DNA from: a bacterium
GTDB lineage: Bacteria; Patescibacteriota; Minisyncoccia; UBA6257; GWB1-50-10
Reading direction: 5' to 3'
Assembly: GCA_030647415.1 (NCBI GenBank)
Contig: JAUSKB010000016.1
Span: 1 to 59,843 of the forward strand
DNA: 59,843 nt
Shown here: piece by piece, positions 57,790 through 59,843 of the stretch
Numbering within the stretch: position 1 is the first letter of the stretch
How the letters are laid out: the number at the start of each line of letters is the position of its first letter
Program-made: the position numbers and the translations under genes
The notes under the pieces: model-generated
Told to the model about the DNA's origin: nothing
The model's database searches: none
What the model saw: only the letters and a program-made list of their open reading frames with translations

Positions 57790-57924
57790 ATTGTACTATA
57801 GTGTACACGAACCCCGCTGTAGCACTACTGGCGCTTGCTAGAGAGCTCCGCTTTTGATATCCTCCTGAACGCATAGTGTTTTACTTGTTACCTGTTACTT
57901 TTTACCCGTTACCTCTTACCACCC

Positions 57925-58500
57925 ATGCTCGACTACAACGAACTGAAAATCGGCACCATTTTCACGAAGAACGACGACCCGGACCCGTACGTCGTCCTCG
58001 AGTACGCCTTCATCCGCATGCAGCAGCGGAAACCGGTGACGCAACTGAAGATCAAAAACCTCCTCTCCGGCAAGGTGCAGGATTATGCCGCGCACCAGAA
58101 CGAGTCGTTTTACGAGGCGGAGATCGAGAAGCAACCAGTCACCTTTATCTACCACCGAAGCGACGAGTACTGGTTCCATGAGGTCGGGAAGCCCGGCAAC
58201 CGATTCAAGCTGCCCGATAGCATCGTGGGAGACGCCGGAGAGTACCTAAAGAGCGGCACCGAGGTAAAGGCGTTCCGCTTCGATGATAAGGTCATTAACA
58301 TCGAGCTCCCCGTGAAGGTGGACCTGAGAGTCGCAGAGGCGCCGCCGGGCGTGAAAGGCGACACGGCGACCGGCGGCACAAAGGTGGCGGTCACGGAGAC
58401 CGGCGCGAAGGTGAACGTTCCCCTCTTCATTAATGAGGGCGACATCATTAAAGTCAGTACGGCTACCGGCCAGTACGTGGAGCGTGTCGAAAAAGCATAA
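57925..58500 (+). CDS. efp: elongation factor P
   Basis: 191 aa with three-domain EF-P layout: ...KIKNLLSGKVQDY..., ...VAEAPPGVKGDTATGGTKVAVTETGAKVNVPLFINEGD... Confidence 0.9.
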   Translation: MLDYNELKIGTIFTKNDDPDPYVVLEYAFIRMQQRKPVTQLKIKNLLSGKVQDYAAHQNESFYEAEIEKQPVTFIYHRSDEYWFHEVGKPGNRFKLPDSIVGDAGEYLKSGTEVKAFRFDDKVINIELPVKVDLRVAEAPPGVKGDTATGGTKVAVTETGAKVNVPLFINEGDIIKVSTATGQYVERVEKA

Positions 58501-58517
58501 GAATGGCCACTAGACAC

Positions 58518-58552
58518 ACCAATCTCACGACGTTCCACGTCGTGAGATTGGT
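58518..58552. terminator. bidirectional stem-loop between convergent efp and 58560..
   Basis: Perfect 15-bp stem accaatctcacgacg-ttcca-cgtcgtgagattggt. Confidence 0.75.
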
Positions 58553-58559
58553 TCTGTTA

Positions 58560-59843
58560 TTACTCCACAAACCTCTGAAGCGATGCACGGAGCGCGGCTC
58601 GAAGGTCTTCGATGCTCGGTTCCTCCTTCTCCGTCGCGAACTGCTTTTGCCGATGGTGCTCTTCCTTTGCACGGTCCTCGTCAACTTTCGCGGCCAATGC
58701 CGAAAGGCCGAGCTCCTCACCGGGCGGCACATCGGACGCCGCAAAGCCCGCTCCCTCGAGTATCAAACGGCGACGGGGCGCGGCAGAAGATGATTCGCCG
58801 GCTGGCGAAGGCTGTGGGACGGATGATTGTGTGCGTTGCCCCGACACAGGCGCCGGCTCGGAAACGGTTGCGCGCGACGGAATGGGGGCCTGTGCTTTCG
58901 GTTGCTGACCGACCGCCGCGCTGTGCGCCGCCCGGACGAGCTGGGTCACCTTCGCGATGATAGGCTTCAGCGGCCGCGCGATGAATGGCCGGCCCACCAG
59001 CTGGCTTGAAGGTGTCGCCGGGACGGGCGCAGTCATTGGTACGCGCGAAGGGGTAGATTTTACTGGGGCTAGTCCCGCAGCTGGCGGATGCGGCACAGGA
59101 ACTTGTCGGGCCGATGCGCCGGCTGGCGGAGGAGTCGGACTGGATGGACGCGCTGACTCGCTCCCCGACCGAGTAACTGACGCCGGTGCTGGGCGGGGAG
59201 ACCGAGGGGCATACCCGCCACTCTCCTCGAATTCGATGCCGAGACCCGCGAGATCGTCCGTGCTCCCCCGGCGCGGCCCTCCTTCGCCAGAGGCTTCGGA
59301 CAGGCGCGGCAGTTCATCCACCGTCGGGCCTTGCGGCATGCCGCGAACTGGCTGGAGCTCGCCGGACTTAATCTTGTTCAGACAGTCGAGGCAGTACACC
59401 GGGCGGCCGGGCATCGGCTCGAACGGTACCGTCGTATCCTTGCCGCAGGATGAGCAAACCGCCGGGAACTTTCCGGAAGCTGACGCGCGTGAAGAGCTCG
59501 TCCCCATAGAGCTCGCGCCCGCCCAATTTTGGATTTCGTCCTCGACAACAGCACGAGACCGCGCGTACCGTTTCCGGGAAGATTCAATAACCTCCTTCGC
59601 GGTGTGCTTCGACTCCTGCACCTTGAAGGGAGGAAGTGTCGAGGCGGAGAATGGGCGCGAGGTCATGCCGTTCACCATGAGTTTGAGGTAGATGTTGGCG
59701 TTCGGGAGCCCCACCATATCCGCGATGGTGAGCTCCGGTTCAAACTCGTTTTCCAGGAACTCAGCGTCTGCGGCCCCCACCCGAAACACAATCATGGTGC
59801 CGACGTTCCCGAACACGGCGTCGCGGACCTTCGTTGAGGTGTC
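58560..59843 (-). CDS. VirD4/TraG-like ATPase paralogue, C-terminal part (N-terminus outside window), with a CxxC-x17-CxxC tail
   Basis: ...VFGNVGTMIVFRVGAADAEFLE... parallels GNVGSMIIFRVGGQDAAELE of 42251..43609. Then CSSCGKDTTVPFEPMPGRPVYCLDC and a long Pro/Ala/Ser-rich tail. The frame stays open to the window edge. Confidence 0.65.
   Translation of the reverse strand, partial: DTSTKVRDAVFGNVGTMIVFRVGAADAEFLENEFEPELTIADMVGLPNANIYLKLMVNGMTSRPFSASTLPPFKVQESKHTAKEVIESSRKRYARSRAVVEDEIQNWAGASSMGTSSSRASASGKFPAVCSSCGKDTTVPFEPMPGRPVYCLDCLNKIKSGELQPVRGMPQGPTVDELPRLSEASGEGGPRRGSTDDLAGLGIEFEESGGYAPRSPRPAPASVTRSGSESARPSSPTPPPAGASARQVPVPHPPAAGLAPVKSTPSRVPMTAPVPATPSSQLVGRPFIARPLKPIIAKVTQLVRAAHSAAVGQQPKAQAPIPSRATVSEPAPVSGQRTQSSVPQPSPAGESSSAAPRRRLILEGAGFAASDVPPGEELGLSALAAKVDEDRAKEEHHRQKQFATEKEEPSIEDLRAALRASLQRFVE

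Noticed and set aside
1-59843. tRNA, rRNA, tmRNA, RNase P or SRP RNA genes.
   Set aside because: No cloverleaf-like or signature sequences were recognised by eye in the few non-coding stretches. This cannot be fully excluded without tRNAscan/Infernal.

Overview
This is a GC-rich bacterial chromosomal segment in which nearly all genes are housekeeping genes on the minus strand.

**Gene content, in window order**
- The heat-shock operon hrcA-grpE-dnaK-(membrane ORF)-dnaJ, with a CIRCE-like operator.
- A pilin-like gene divergent from a GT-C glycosyltransferase.
- An ftsQ-like gene, serS, lysS, greA, mrdA-mreD-mreC-mreB and proS.
- rseP, frr, holB and a second mreB.
- rpsI-rplM-rplQ-rpoA-rpsD-rpsK-rpsM-rpmJ-infA.
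- An envelope/ATPase cluster: a 570-aa membrane protein, an FtsA/PilM-like protein, a VirD4/TraG-like P-loop ATPase, two membrane proteins and a sigma-r4/HARE-HTH protein.
- A nudix gene, ndk, aspS, a split comEC, mnmA, murC, efp, and a second VirD4-like paralogue with a CxxC-x17-CxxC tail.

The gene content and protein architectures suggest a Patescibacteria/CPR-type genome. This is inference only.

**Accessory content**
- An IS30 transposase fragment at the left edge.
- An intact IS1-family element (25-bp TIRs, 8-bp TSD) splitting a membrane gene.
- Four mini-cassettes (hicAB, higBA, a HAD hydrolase, a small RHH-like gene). Each is flanked by direct repeats, and three of these repeat pairs duplicate the terminus of the neighbouring housekeeping gene.

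**Most unusual signals**
1. Almost every intercistronic spacer is filled edge to edge by a roughly 75-195-bp AT-rich palindrome. These fall into a few recurring families, and folding would bring the upstream stop codon next to the downstream start codon.
2. Related palindromic elements, both GC-rich and AT-rich, sit inside intact ORFs of essential genes (mrdA, grpE tail, murC, mnmA at five sites, comEC, holB, the 570-aa gene). They are read through in frame, sometimes in different frames in different hosts, much like Rickettsia palindromic elements.

No rRNA, tRNA or CRISPR array was recognised. All repeat coordinates were determined by eye and may be off by a few nt.
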